DNA from: a bacterium
Lineage (GTDB): Bacteria > Patescibacteriota > Patescibacteriia > UBA9570
Direction: 5' to 3'
Assembly: GCA_030698395.1 (NCBI GenBank)
Contig: JAUYKW010000025.1
Span: forward strand, 68,179-132,178
Length of the DNA: 64,000 nt
Under the pieces are notes generated by a model. The model saw nothing but the letters and a program-made list of their open reading frames with translations. It had not been told where the DNA came from and made no database searches. This document shows positions 38,506-47,989 of the stretch, in pieces; the stretch's first letter is position 1; each line of letters begins with the position of its first letter. The translations under genes were made by a program, and so were the position numbers.

Positions 38506-41256
38506 CTAATTATTTTTATTCTTCGAAGAATTCTTATTCGAATTAGAATTAGAATTTTCGTTAGTGTTAGAAGAATTTTGATTATTAGTGTTTGAATTTG
38601 AGGTATCAACAATTTCGCCCTGCGCCATGTACGTGAAGATGATTGTATGTTCATTAGTGTTATCTCGATCATTGGTTACACGTACAGTTAATGTGTGTTT
38701 ACCATTAGTTAAGTTTGTTGGATTATATCCAGTGTTGAATGGTGGGCTGGTTTTTACATCAATAACATTTGAATCGATGATATAGGTTGTTTCTTTGATA
38801 TTTCTTCCTGTACCTGGATCAATGCTTGTTTGAATATCAAATGTAGCACTTGTTAAGCGAGCACCAACAGCAGGGTAGGTTATAGACACGGAAGGTATTT
38901 GATCAGAAGAGCGAAGATTACAATCCTCATAAGTCATTTCATCAGAAATATATTCTTCCTGGCCATTAGACCAAGCTTTTACACCAGCTTCCCAGTTATT
39001 AAACATAGGGTCGTTTTGGGGTTCGGAAGGAGCATCACCAAGAGGATCTTCTTTTGTGAGGTAGTATAAAATATTATGTACTTCTTTGAATTCACGGGTC
39101 TGTTTGAATTCTTCAGGATAAGACGAGATGCATTCATCAGGTATGATGTGTTGTGTATTTTTATCAACTATTTTTTCTACAGAAGTTCCAATTCCGCCCC
39201 ATAAAACAGCTTTATTCGCTTGTGCTGGCGGAGGAGAATTAAAACCTTCATCAGGTAATCCATCAAGAATACGTGACATATAGTCATTCATCATTGGAGC
39301 CGCAACAACTAAACCAGCCGCTCCATTGTGCATCTCAGTATTATCATTATTACCCACCCAAACTCCAGTCGCAAAAGAGGGAGTGTAACCCATAGCCCAG
39401 GCATCTCGGTAATTATTAGTTGTACCAGTTTTGGCTGCCAGGGTTCGTCCGGAAATGTTTAATGCTGTAAAACCAGCTCTAGCACTAGGATCAGATAAAA
39501 TACTATTTAGATTTTGAACCGCAACTTGATCAATGACTTGGTTTTCGGTATTGCTCCATTCATATAATACAGCACCTTTTTGATCTTCAACTTTTAAGAT
39601 GGTAGTAACAGGATGACGCACACCTTCTCGAGCAAATGTTGCAAAGGCTGAAGTGTGCTCTAACAAGGTAACTTCTCCACCTCCTAATACAAGTGCTAAA
39701 CCATATCTAGAGCGGTCTTGGAATGAGGTATAACCAAAAGATTCTGCCACATCAATTACCCTATCAACACCCACTAAATAAAGTGCTTTCACAGCTGGAA
39801 TATTTAAAGATTGACCAAGAGCCCGTCTGATAGTTACTGGACCCGAGAATCCACCGGAATAATTACTAGGAATGTAATCGCCTGAATCTGAAGTGAAGTT
39901 AGTTCTAACGTCAAATAAGATTGTATTTGGATTATAACCACTATCAAATGCAGTCATGTATACCAGGGGTTTAAAGGAAGAACCTGGTTGACGTAGGCTT
40001 GTTGCAACATTTACTTGGCCATCATAATCTTCTGAATAATAATCTTTAGAGCCAACCATTACTAATACCTGACCCGTATGTGCATCAATAGAAATAAGTG
40101 ATGCGTTACTTCCACCATATTGTTCAACTTTTCCCATGCCGTCTTGGATAACACTTTCAGCAATTTCTTGTTTGTCGAAATCTAAAGTAGTTGTTACACG
40201 AAGTCCTTGATTTATAAAAGCACCACCAAAATCATCTTCCAATTGAGACAAGACATAATCAACAAAATGAGGAGCGTCTTTAATTGCAATAGTTTGTTGG
40301 ATAGTAACGTCTTCTGTTTTTGCTGCATCAGCTTCTTCTTCTGTTATATATCCTTCTTCTACCATTCGATCAAGAGCAAAATCTTTTCGTTCATATAAAG
40401 CTTCGCGATCTTGACTGATGTAGTAAGTAGGTCTTTGAGGGATGGAGGACAATAACGCAGATTCTGCTAATGAGAGTTCAGAAGGAGTCTTGCCAAAATA
40501 ACTTTGAGAGGCAGCGGCAACACCCATATTTACACCACCGTAAGATGCTTCATTTAAGTAGAATTCTAGAATTTGATCTTTATCATATTTTCTTTCTAGT
40601 TCAACTGAAAGGATTAATTCTTTTATTTTTCGAGAATATGTTTTTTCATTTCCAACAATTGCCATTTTGACGAACTGTTGAGTTATAGTTGATCCTCCAA
40701 CTTGCTGATCAGTTGCTACATTTATTCCTGCAGAGCGGAGAATGCCAACTGGATCAAAACCTTTGTGTTCATAGAACTTTTTATCTTCTAAAGCAACAGT
40801 TGCATCAGCCATGTAAGGAGAAATATCTTCTATTTTTGTGTACGTTCGGCGAACATCTTTACCGGTCTCATAAAGTAGATGTTCTCCGGAGCGATCATAG
40901 ATTTTTGTACTCTCAGCTAGTACGCGATTTTCTAATTGATCTGGACTTGGTAAATCTTTAGCAAACCACGCAAACGCTCCAATCCCTGCTAATACTAGAA
41001 GTGCAAAACCAACAACACCAACTATGAATAAACGTAATAACCAGCGTTTCCAGCGGGGGCCACGTTTTTTTGCTAGCCTACGCTCTGCCTTACTTAATGG
41101 TTTTAGGTTTGATTTAGCAGTTGTATTATTTGAAATACTTTTATCTTTATTTGTAGGCAGAGTAGACTTTTTTTTGAATTGAGATGAGGTAGGACTAGAT
41201 TTTTTTTCTATCATAGGCTTGCGAGAGCTACTTAGTTTTTGAGTATTATTTTCCAT
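38506..41256 (-). CDS. class A penicillin-binding protein (PBP1A-type transglycosylase/transpeptidase) with Ig-like domain and Asn/Ser-rich tail
   Basis: Start set at MENNTQK (41256); GT51 motifs (GGSTITQQ, RKIKE), transpeptidase SSFKP, SxN, KTGT; C-terminal extra beta-rich domain and about 40-aa N/S low-complexity tail. Confidence 0.85.
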   Translation of the reverse strand: MENNTQKLSSSRKPMIEKKSSPTSSQFKKKSTLPTNKDKSISNNTTAKSNLKPLSKAERRLAKKRGPRWKRWLLRLFIVGVVGFALLVLAGIGAFAWFAKDLPSPDQLENRVLAESTKIYDRSGEHLLYETGKDVRRTYTKIEDISPYMADATVALEDKKFYEHKGFDPVGILRSAGINVATDQQVGGSTITQQFVKMAIVGNEKTYSRKIKELILSVELERKYDKDQILEFYLNEASYGGVNMGVAAASQSYFGKTPSELSLAESALLSSIPQRPTYYISQDREALYERKDFALDRMVEEGYITEEEADAAKTEDVTIQQTIAIKDAPHFVDYVLSQLEDDFGGAFINQGLRVTTTLDFDKQEIAESVIQDGMGKVEQYGGSNASLISIDAHTGQVLVMVGSKDYYSEDYDGQVNVATSLRQPGSSFKPLVYMTAFDSGYNPNTILFDVRTNFTSDSGDYIPSNYSGGFSGPVTIRRALGQSLNIPAVKALYLVGVDRVIDVAESFGYTSFQDRSRYGLALVLGGGEVTLLEHTSAFATFAREGVRHPVTTILKVEDQKGAVLYEWSNTENQVIDQVAVQNLNSILSDPSARAGFTALNISGRTLAAKTGTTNNYRDAWAMGYTPSFATGVWVGNNDNTEMHNGAAGLVVAAPMMNDYMSRILDGLPDEGFNSPPPAQANKAVLWGGIGTSVEKIVDKNTQHIIPDECISSYPEEFKQTREFKEVHNILYYLTKEDPLGDAPSEPQNDPMFNNWEAGVKAWSNGQEEYISDEMTYEDCNLRSSDQIPSVSITYPAVGARLTSATFDIQTSIDPGTGRNIKETTYIIDSNVIDVKTSPPFNTGYNPTNLTNGKHTLTVRVTNDRDNTNEHTIIFTYMAQGEIVDTSNSNTNNQNSSNTNENSNSNSNKNSSKNKNN

Positions 41257-41421
41257 AAAAATCAGCCTAACTATATAACATTGATAGTCTTTTGTCGAAT
41301 TAAATAACTTACAAAAATGGATATAATTAGCAAGATAATTGTTATGGTTTAAGGAGAGATAGACACAATAAATGCACATATTTTCTTGTTCTGAAAATGT
41401 GCATATGGTAGGCTGGTATTC

Positions 41422-42609
41422 ATGGAACAGACAGAATATCTCTTGTCTCGTGGAGTAGACACTATCTATCCTACACGTAAAGAGTTAGAAAAAAAACTTG
41501 CATCTGGAAAAAAAATAAGCCTGTATTTAGGGGTTGATCCTACTGGCGCACAATTGCATATTGGGCACACTGTTGCATTACGAAAGTTAGCACAGTTTCA
41601 GCGTGCTGGGCATAAAGTTGTTTTATTAATTGGAGATTTCACTGGACGCATTGGAGACCCAACTGGAAAAGATAAAACGCGCAAACCTTTAACAGCCGAG
41701 CAAGCAATAATGAATGCGAAAAGCTATCAAGAACAAGCTAGTAAAATATTAGATTTTAATAATAAAAAAAATCCAGTTGAGATTAAATATAACAGTGAGT
41801 GGTTGGCAAAGCTTACATTTGAGCAAATTATTAAATTAGCTGCTCATTTTACAGCGCAACAGATGCTTGAACGGGACATGTTTGAAAAAAGAATGAAAGC
41901 TGGAAAACCTATATCCCTACATGAATTTTTTTATCCCCTCATGCAAGGATATGATTCAGTAGCTTTAGATGTTGATTTAGAAATTGGTGGCACGGATCAG
42001 ACGTTTAATATGTTAGCTGGTCGGACATTACAAAGAGTAATAAATAAAAAAGAAAAATTCGTATTAACGGTTCCAATATTAGCAGATTCGAATGGCGTTA
42101 AAATAGGAAAGACCGCTGGAAACGTAATTGCCATAACAGCAGAGCCAGCAGATTTATATGGCAAGATTATGTCATTAGGGGACGATGTGATTGTACAAGC
42201 TTTTGAATTATGTACTGATGTTGAGATGGAGGAAATTAATCAGATAGAAAAGAATCTAAAAAAGGGAGAAAATCCACGAGATGCAAAAATGCGATTAGCG
42301 AGAGAGATTGTTACTATTTATCACAATTCAGATATAGCTCAAGTAGCAGAAGATGATTTTAAGAATGTGTTTACTAAACATGGAAAGCCAACTGATATAC
42401 CAGAAGAAAAGTTGCCGGACAGTACAGATATTATTGAGATTTTAATAACATATAAATTAGCTGAATCTAAATCGGCGGCAAAACGACTAGTAGAGCAGGG
42501 AGCAGTTAAGTTAAATGACAAAGCTATCTCAAGCTGGAAAGAAATAGTTAAAATAAAAAGCGGAGATGTTCTCCAAGTGGGAAAAAGAAAGTTTCTGCAA
42601 TTTAAGTAA
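41422..42609 (+). CDS. tyrS: tyrosine--tRNA ligase
   Basis: GVDPTGAQLHIGH (HIGH), KIGKTAGN (KMSKS-like), C-terminal S4 domain. Confidence 0.85.
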   Translation: MEQTEYLLSRGVDTIYPTRKELEKKLASGKKISLYLGVDPTGAQLHIGHTVALRKLAQFQRAGHKVVLLIGDFTGRIGDPTGKDKTRKPLTAEQAIMNAKSYQEQASKILDFNNKKNPVEIKYNSEWLAKLTFEQIIKLAAHFTAQQMLERDMFEKRMKAGKPISLHEFFYPLMQGYDSVALDVDLEIGGTDQTFNMLAGRTLQRVINKKEKFVLTVPILADSNGVKIGKTAGNVIAITAEPADLYGKIMSLGDDVIVQAFELCTDVEMEEINQIEKNLKKGENPRDAKMRLAREIVTIYHNSDIAQVAEDDFKNVFTKHGKPTDIPEEKLPDSTDIIEILITYKLAESKSAAKRLVEQGAVKLNDKAISSWKEIVKIKSGDVLQVGKRKFLQFK

Positions 42610-43584
42610 TTACTTTTTTGCTTGAGCAATAAAAGTATCAATTTTATCGACGTAAAAAGCTTGCGCTTGTTTGATGTATTCTAGATTATCCACTTTTGCT
42701 TCTAAGGGAATTGATCCTTCATCAAATTCTTTTATGAGAGCAGTTTTTACATCATGTAAAATGCTATAAAATTTTGGTAGCCAGTAACAGACAAGTTGAA
42801 AAAAATCAGTTGAATTTTCTATTTGTTTAATAATATCATCTTGTACATCAGGAGTGCGCCAAAAGCAGAGCCACATAAAAGCAAGGTCATAATACCTACA
42901 ATTTAAATGAGCATCAGACCAATCAATAATACCAAATCCATCCTCAGGTGTTACAAGAATATTTTTTGGATTAAAGTCTCCGTGTACTAGAACGGGATTT
43001 TTTAGCCAGTCTAGAACATGATCTTGGGTGATAGAGTGACACTCTGAATATTGTTCTTCGCTTAATCCTCCAGCTAAAGCACCGGTATGATAACTTTTCA
43101 TCTTATTTGACAGCTGTTCTTGATTGATAACACTAAAACCAATTGAATCGTTTAATGACTGAGAGTTGTTTTGTAAATAATTTAGTGCTGTAATAATCGT
43201 TTCTGCCCCAATTGTGCGGACTTGTTTTGTTCCAGTATAGAAATAATACCAACCAGCGGGTTCACCTTCAACGAGTGAGTAAGCTAAACCAATAGGGTCT
43301 ATTTGATCGTAAAGAAAGACTTGCTCGGGAGCAGTAAAAGGTAAGGTAGTTTGTTCAGAAAAAAACTTATTCATTTTTGCTTCAGACAAGAACGCCTCTT
43401 TTGCTTCAGCACTTGTTTTGCGTAAGATTTTTATTATAAAGTTTTTGTTATTTTCATCATGGCATTGGACAACATGATTAGTGCCAGAGGTGCTCATTAT
43501 TAAATCTAATACTAAACCATGTTCCTGTAATATTTTATCTAGTGTTTTGAAAATTTCTTTTTCTGCTACGAATTTTTCTGTCAT
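42610..43584 (-). CDS. aminoglycoside-phosphotransferase-family (APH/protein-kinase-like) kinase
   Basis: Brenner motif HGDFNPKNILV and DWSDAHLNCRYYDLAF. Confidence 0.7.
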   Translation of the reverse strand: MTEKFVAEKEIFKTLDKILQEHGLVLDLIMSTSGTNHVVQCHDENNKNFIIKILRKTSAEAKEAFLSEAKMNKFFSEQTTLPFTAPEQVFLYDQIDPIGLAYSLVEGEPAGWYYFYTGTKQVRTIGAETIITALNYLQNNSQSLNDSIGFSVINQEQLSNKMKSYHTGALAGGLSEEQYSECHSITQDHVLDWLKNPVLVHGDFNPKNILVTPEDGFGIIDWSDAHLNCRYYDLAFMWLCFWRTPDVQDDIIKQIENSTDFFQLVCYWLPKFYSILHDVKTALIKEFDEGSIPLEAKVDNLEYIKQAQAFYVDKIDTFIAQAKK

Positions 43585-45050
43585 TAGGATAGTTTATTAT
43601 AAAGTGAAATATATTTTTTTACTGAACTGTCCCAACCAAAATCAGCAGACATCCCACTGCGCATTATCTTCTCCCATTGTTTGGGTTGGTTATGATAAAT
43701 TCGTAATGCCCGATTAATTGTACGTTGCAGAGCACTTGCTGAATAAGATGAAAATAGAAATCCATTTTTACCATCATCTATAGTATCTTTGAGGCCTCCA
43801 GTTGCTCGTACAATTGGCACAGAACCATAGCGCATGGCAATTATTTGGCTTAGGCCGCAGGGTTCATATTTAGATGGCATAAAAAATAAATCCGATCCAG
43901 CATAAATCTGTTGGCTAAAAGGAATGTCGAATTTGTTATGAAAGAAAAATTTGTTGGGGGCAATAGCAGCGGCATCAGAAAATGTTTTTTCATATTTAGG
44001 ATCACCTGTACCAGTAAAGACAAATTGTGCATCAAGAGCTAGTAGTTTGGGCAGTAATTCAATTATTAGCTCTAAACCTTTTTGGCTAGTGAGTCTGTGG
44101 ACTAAGCCAAAGAGGGGTATATTTGGATTAAGAGATAGACCAGACTTTTTTTGGAGAAAAAGTTTATTTTTCTTTTTTTTATTTAAGCTAGCGATAGAAT
44201 ATTTATATTTAATATGAGGATCTTTTAAAGGATTGAACTTATCCATATCAATTCCATTTAGAATTCCGGATAAGTCTTTTTTTCTGGCTTTAATAATATT
44301 TTCTAGACCAGAGCCAAATTCTTTTGATAAAATTTCATTTGCATAAGTTGGACTTACTGTATTAATCAGATTTGCATTATCAATTGCGACGCGAAGCATA
44401 CGAATTCCTTTTTTGCGTCGCAACTCACTACTAACACTAATACTTTTTGCGTTCCAATTGAATAATTTAAGAAGCTCAATTTTAGTATCTCCAACAACGC
44501 CCATGTTGTGGATAGTTAGTAAACATTTTATGTGACCGAGGTCAGAATCTTGTTTTAAAAGATATTGTAATCCCGCAGTATGGTAATCATTAGCATGGAG
44601 AGTGGTGACTGGTAATTTTTCTTGCTTAATAAATTGATAAACTGCATGGGAGAAAAAAAGAAAGCGCAATCGTTGCCCGGTATGAGCTGTTGCAGGACGT
44701 TTAGTTATTGGATTTGTAACTGCTGTGCCTTGATAGGCTGTACCACGACTTAAGTAATTATTGTTTTTGAATAAAAGAACTGGGATTTTAGAGTTGGGTA
44801 TATATGTTCGCCAAACAGAAACACGTTCAACTTTATTATTGACTCTAACTTGAACATTAGCGATGTGTTCAATTTTGCTCGTTGCGTTTTTTGTGACTGA
44901 TTTGTAAAACGGTAGAGCAACCCAGGTTTTATTTACATGGGGGGCAATGCCTTTGGGAAGGGCGCCTAATACATCACCGAGACCACCGGCTTTTGCTAAA
45001 GGCGCTAGTTCAGACCCAACAAATAATACGTTAAAGGGACTTTTTTTCAT
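43584..45050 (-). CDS. glgA: glycogen/starch synthase (GT5), ADP-glucose type
   Basis: N-terminal signature FVGSELAPLAKAGGLGDV (K-x-GGL motif) and GT-B C-terminal domain. Confidence 0.8.
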   Translation of the reverse strand: MKKSPFNVLFVGSELAPLAKAGGLGDVLGALPKGIAPHVNKTWVALPFYKSVTKNATSKIEHIANVQVRVNNKVERVSVWRTYIPNSKIPVLLFKNNNYLSRGTAYQGTAVTNPITKRPATAHTGQRLRFLFFSHAVYQFIKQEKLPVTTLHANDYHTAGLQYLLKQDSDLGHIKCLLTIHNMGVVGDTKIELLKLFNWNAKSISVSSELRRKKGIRMLRVAIDNANLINTVSPTYANEILSKEFGSGLENIIKARKKDLSGILNGIDMDKFNPLKDPHIKYKYSIASLNKKKKNKLFLQKKSGLSLNPNIPLFGLVHRLTSQKGLELIIELLPKLLALDAQFVFTGTGDPKYEKTFSDAAAIAPNKFFFHNKFDIPFSQQIYAGSDLFFMPSKYEPCGLSQIIAMRYGSVPIVRATGGLKDTIDDGKNGFLFSSYSASALQRTINRALRIYHNQPKQWEKIMRSGMSADFGWDSSVKKYISLYNKLS

Positions 45051-46107
45051 GCTGTTTGATTAGTTTTTTGTATACTTGTTCATAGCCATCACCCATGCGT
45101 TCTATAGAAAAATTATTTTTTACCCATTCTCGACATGCTGCTCTATCTATAGTATCAATTTTTTTAATCGCATCCCTCATTTCATCTTCATTTTTTACAA
45201 CAAAGCCAGTAACGCCATCCTTGACCAATTCTGGTACAGATCCTTTATTGAATGCTATTACAGGTGTTCCGGTAGCCATGGCCTCTACCATTACTAAACC
45301 AAACGGCTCTTCCCACTCAATGGGAAACAACAAAGCCTTGGCTTGGCCTACGAACTTTGCAATTTTCTGATGTGGAAGTTCTCCCCTGTAACTAATGAAG
45401 GAGCTTTTTAAAGCGGGGTTAATTTTTTTCTCCCAGTAATTTCTATAAATCTCACGTTGCAAGTCTGTTGAGCCGGCAAGAATTAATTTTTTACGAAGTT
45501 TTTTACATACATTAATAGCATGATGTACACCTTTTGAAGGATGAAGTCTGCCAATAAAAACAAAATGATCTTGGGGAGACTTATTAAACTTAAATTGATT
45601 CACATCAATACCATTGTAGACCACATCTGTGTATTGAATTTTTTCTTTATAATGTTTAGTTTGGGCTTTTGATATTGGAGTTATATATACATTAGAAAAA
45701 GGTATCTGCTGAACAATGTTTTGCGTTAATGGTTCAATCGGCCAATGCTGAGTCATTAATGTTGGCTTATCAACCAATGATGACATAAAAAAATGTAAGT
45801 TATCCAAATGGCTATGTAAAATATCAAATTCTTCGATATGGCGATATGCTCTATTTAGGAGCAGTAGATAAGTATAGTGCTTTAACATCCGAGCCGAGGT
45901 AGCCGGACCCTTAATACTATCTGGTGTCAAAGGATCGAGGCTTTCAATCCGAGCTCCTTTGATATTGGTTTTACTGTTACCAAATACAGTCACTTCATGT
46001 CCGCGCCGTATTTGTTCTCGGATAAGTGATGTTACTAGCAACCAACGACCACGATCTCCTTTGGGTGGTAATTGTTGGGATGGGTTTGTAATATGTGCAA
46101 TTCGCAT
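45031..46107 (-). CDS. GT4 family glycosyltransferase
   Basis: EPFGLVMVEAMATGTPVIA ... GSVPELVKDGVTGF (E-x7-E region). Confidence 0.8.
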   Translation of the reverse strand: MRIAHITNPSQQLPPKGDRGRWLLVTSLIREQIRRGHEVTVFGNSKTNIKGARIESLDPLTPDSIKGPATSARMLKHYTYLLLLNRAYRHIEEFDILHSHLDNLHFFMSSLVDKPTLMTQHWPIEPLTQNIVQQIPFSNVYITPISKAQTKHYKEKIQYTDVVYNGIDVNQFKFNKSPQDHFVFIGRLHPSKGVHHAINVCKKLRKKLILAGSTDLQREIYRNYWEKKINPALKSSFISYRGELPHQKIAKFVGQAKALLFPIEWEEPFGLVMVEAMATGTPVIAFNKGSVPELVKDGVTGFVVKNEDEMRDAIKKIDTIDRAACREWVKNNFSIERMGDGYEQVYKKLIKQHEKKSL

Positions 46108-46592
46108 TATGCTGTACGATAAATATTTTTTGTCGGATCGATTAAAAATCCTTCCATATCGCGTTTGCCGATAAGTATGGGATATAAGAGCATTTTTCTA
46201 TCAACGATACTTGCAATCGTTTCGATTTTTTTATTACGCATTTTATATTCTAGCTTAACAAAGGGCCTTACAGTTATGCCGTTTGTTGCAGGAATTACTC
46301 GGATATCATATAAACCGGGAATTTGTTTTTTTAATTTAGGAGCAAGTACTGTACGAATTTTTTTCTTGATTTCTTTAAAATTTTTGGTGGTGATTTTTAA
46401 TTTGGGCATTTCTTTATTAAATTCTTCGTATACAGAAAGAAGGCCAATTTTTTTTGCGATACTAACATCGATTGCTGTTGTTCTGGCGCCAGTATCAATC
46501 TTTGCTTGACGACGAATAAATTTTCCATTAGGAAGATAAATTTTTACTTCTTCCACTAGGCCAAGAATAGGTTTTATTTTTTTATTATTCAT
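46107..46592 (-). CDS. retropepsin-like (clan AA, putative ATP-dependent zinc protease family) protein
   Basis: AKIDTGARTTAID DTG active-site-like motif; about 160 aa; adjacent to RimK-like ligase. Confidence 0.65.
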   Translation of the reverse strand: MNNKKIKPILGLVEEVKIYLPNGKFIRRQAKIDTGARTTAIDVSIAKKIGLLSVYEEFNKEMPKLKITTKNFKEIKKKIRTVLAPKLKKQIPGLYDIRVIPATNGITVRPFVKLEYKMRNKKIETIASIVDRKMLLYPILIGKRDMEGFLIDPTKNIYRTA

Positions 46593-47987
46593 TTATTTTG
46601 TCTTTGTTGGATTAACTAAGAAGCCAGCAAGATCTCGTCTGCCAATTATTATTGGATGAGATAGTTTATTATCCATTGCAATGGCAACCTGGGTGCTGAT
46701 GTTCTTTTTTCCTAACACGAATGATAGTGAAACTTTAGGACGGATTGTATATTTGTCACCACTACGTACAGCAACTATATCAACTATATCTTCGTGTAAT
46801 CCTTTAATTGAATGTTGAAATGATTCTTCTACTTGGCGAGCATCAGATGCAGAGACTATGCTGGGTAAAACGATAGAATCAAGTGCAGTTAAGGCGTCTT
46901 GAAAACCAAGGCGACGTGCTAGGTCTTTAGAAATTGTAGTAGATGTTAAACCAGTATCAATCCGAACACGCATAGCTTGTTGTTTGTTATTACGGTCTGT
47001 AATTTCGATTGATTCGTATACACCAATAACTGCTTTATCTTCTTCGGTTTCGGTATCGTTACTAAATAAATCTTTGCATACTTTTACTCCTTTTACTACA
47101 CTGGAAATATTCAGGCCCGCTACCCTTTCTAATCTATCTCGGAGAGTTGTTTGATTTGCATTTTGAATTTCTAATCCAGGATGCGCATTTACTTCTAATA
47201 TTACTGGCCCTTGTTGTTTGTCTATCACTATGTCAACACCCGCATAACCAAGGCCGACGGCTCGTTGAGCTTCTACACTGATGCGTAGTATTTCATTCCA
47301 GTTATTAATGTGTAAACCACGGAGACTAGTATTGTAATCTGGATGTACTGTTAGTTCTCCTACGTGTTTGGATGCCGCATAAGTGGTGATGCCTGTCGTT
47401 AAATCTATACCTACGCCTATTCCTCCCATATGTAGATTGGCTTTCCCCGAGGATGATTTTGTTGGTAGGCGTAACATGGCCATTATTGGTACAGAGTTAA
47501 ATACAATTACCCGAATATCTGGAATGCCTTTATAACTTACATGTTTAAATTCTTCTGATAATTTTAAGCGTTCTTCAAAGTATGCTATATCCGGGATATT
47601 TGATATTGAATAATTACCATCTAATATATTACTAACGCGCATCATTAAATCGTCTTCTGTATAGAATTCGTTGCTCCCCCCAATCCATTGATTGTTTTTG
47701 TTTTTTCCATAAACAATAAGAATACCATTACCACCTAGACCAAAGTTTGGTTTTAATACAAAGCTTGGTGGGAGCGATGACCAATCAAATTCAAAGAGTT
47801 CACGACGATCATGAATTTCAGAAAATATTTTTGCTGTTGGCAGACCATGTTTTAATAGACGTTCTTTGGTTGCTAGTTTATTACGAGCAAGCTGAATAGA
47901 CGAACGTTTGTTATTCGGACGAATATAGCGCAAATTGCGAGCGTTCATACCAAGAACACGACTTGATTTAGCAAAGAATTCACTCAT
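46593..47987 (-). CDS. RimK-like ATP-grasp amidoligase (alpha-L-glutamate-ligase-related) fused to C-terminal retropepsin-like domain
   Basis: ATP-grasp core (VLKPNFGLGGNGILIV ... VNAHPGLEI) in first about 300 aa; C-terminal about 150 aa repeats the DTG (VRIDTGLTSTTIS) fold of the neighbouring gene. Confidence 0.7.
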   Translation of the reverse strand: MSEFFAKSSRVLGMNARNLRYIRPNNKRSSIQLARNKLATKERLLKHGLPTAKIFSEIHDRRELFEFDWSSLPPSFVLKPNFGLGGNGILIVYGKNKNNQWIGGSNEFYTEDDLMMRVSNILDGNYSISNIPDIAYFEERLKLSEEFKHVSYKGIPDIRVIVFNSVPIMAMLRLPTKSSSGKANLHMGGIGVGIDLTTGITTYAASKHVGELTVHPDYNTSLRGLHINNWNEILRISVEAQRAVGLGYAGVDIVIDKQQGPVILEVNAHPGLEIQNANQTTLRDRLERVAGLNISSVVKGVKVCKDLFSNDTETEEDKAVIGVYESIEITDRNNKQQAMRVRIDTGLTSTTISKDLARRLGFQDALTALDSIVLPSIVSASDARQVEESFQHSIKGLHEDIVDIVAVRSGDKYTIRPKVSLSFVLGKKNISTQVAIAMDNKLSHPIIIGRRDLAGFLVNPTKTK

Positions 47988-47989
47988 TG

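Noticed and set aside
38510-38600. Short AAT/AGA/ATT tandem-like repeats that could be mistaken for a repeat array
   Set aside because: They encode the Asn/Ser-rich C-terminal tail of the PBP; no spacer-repeat periodicity, so not CRISPR.
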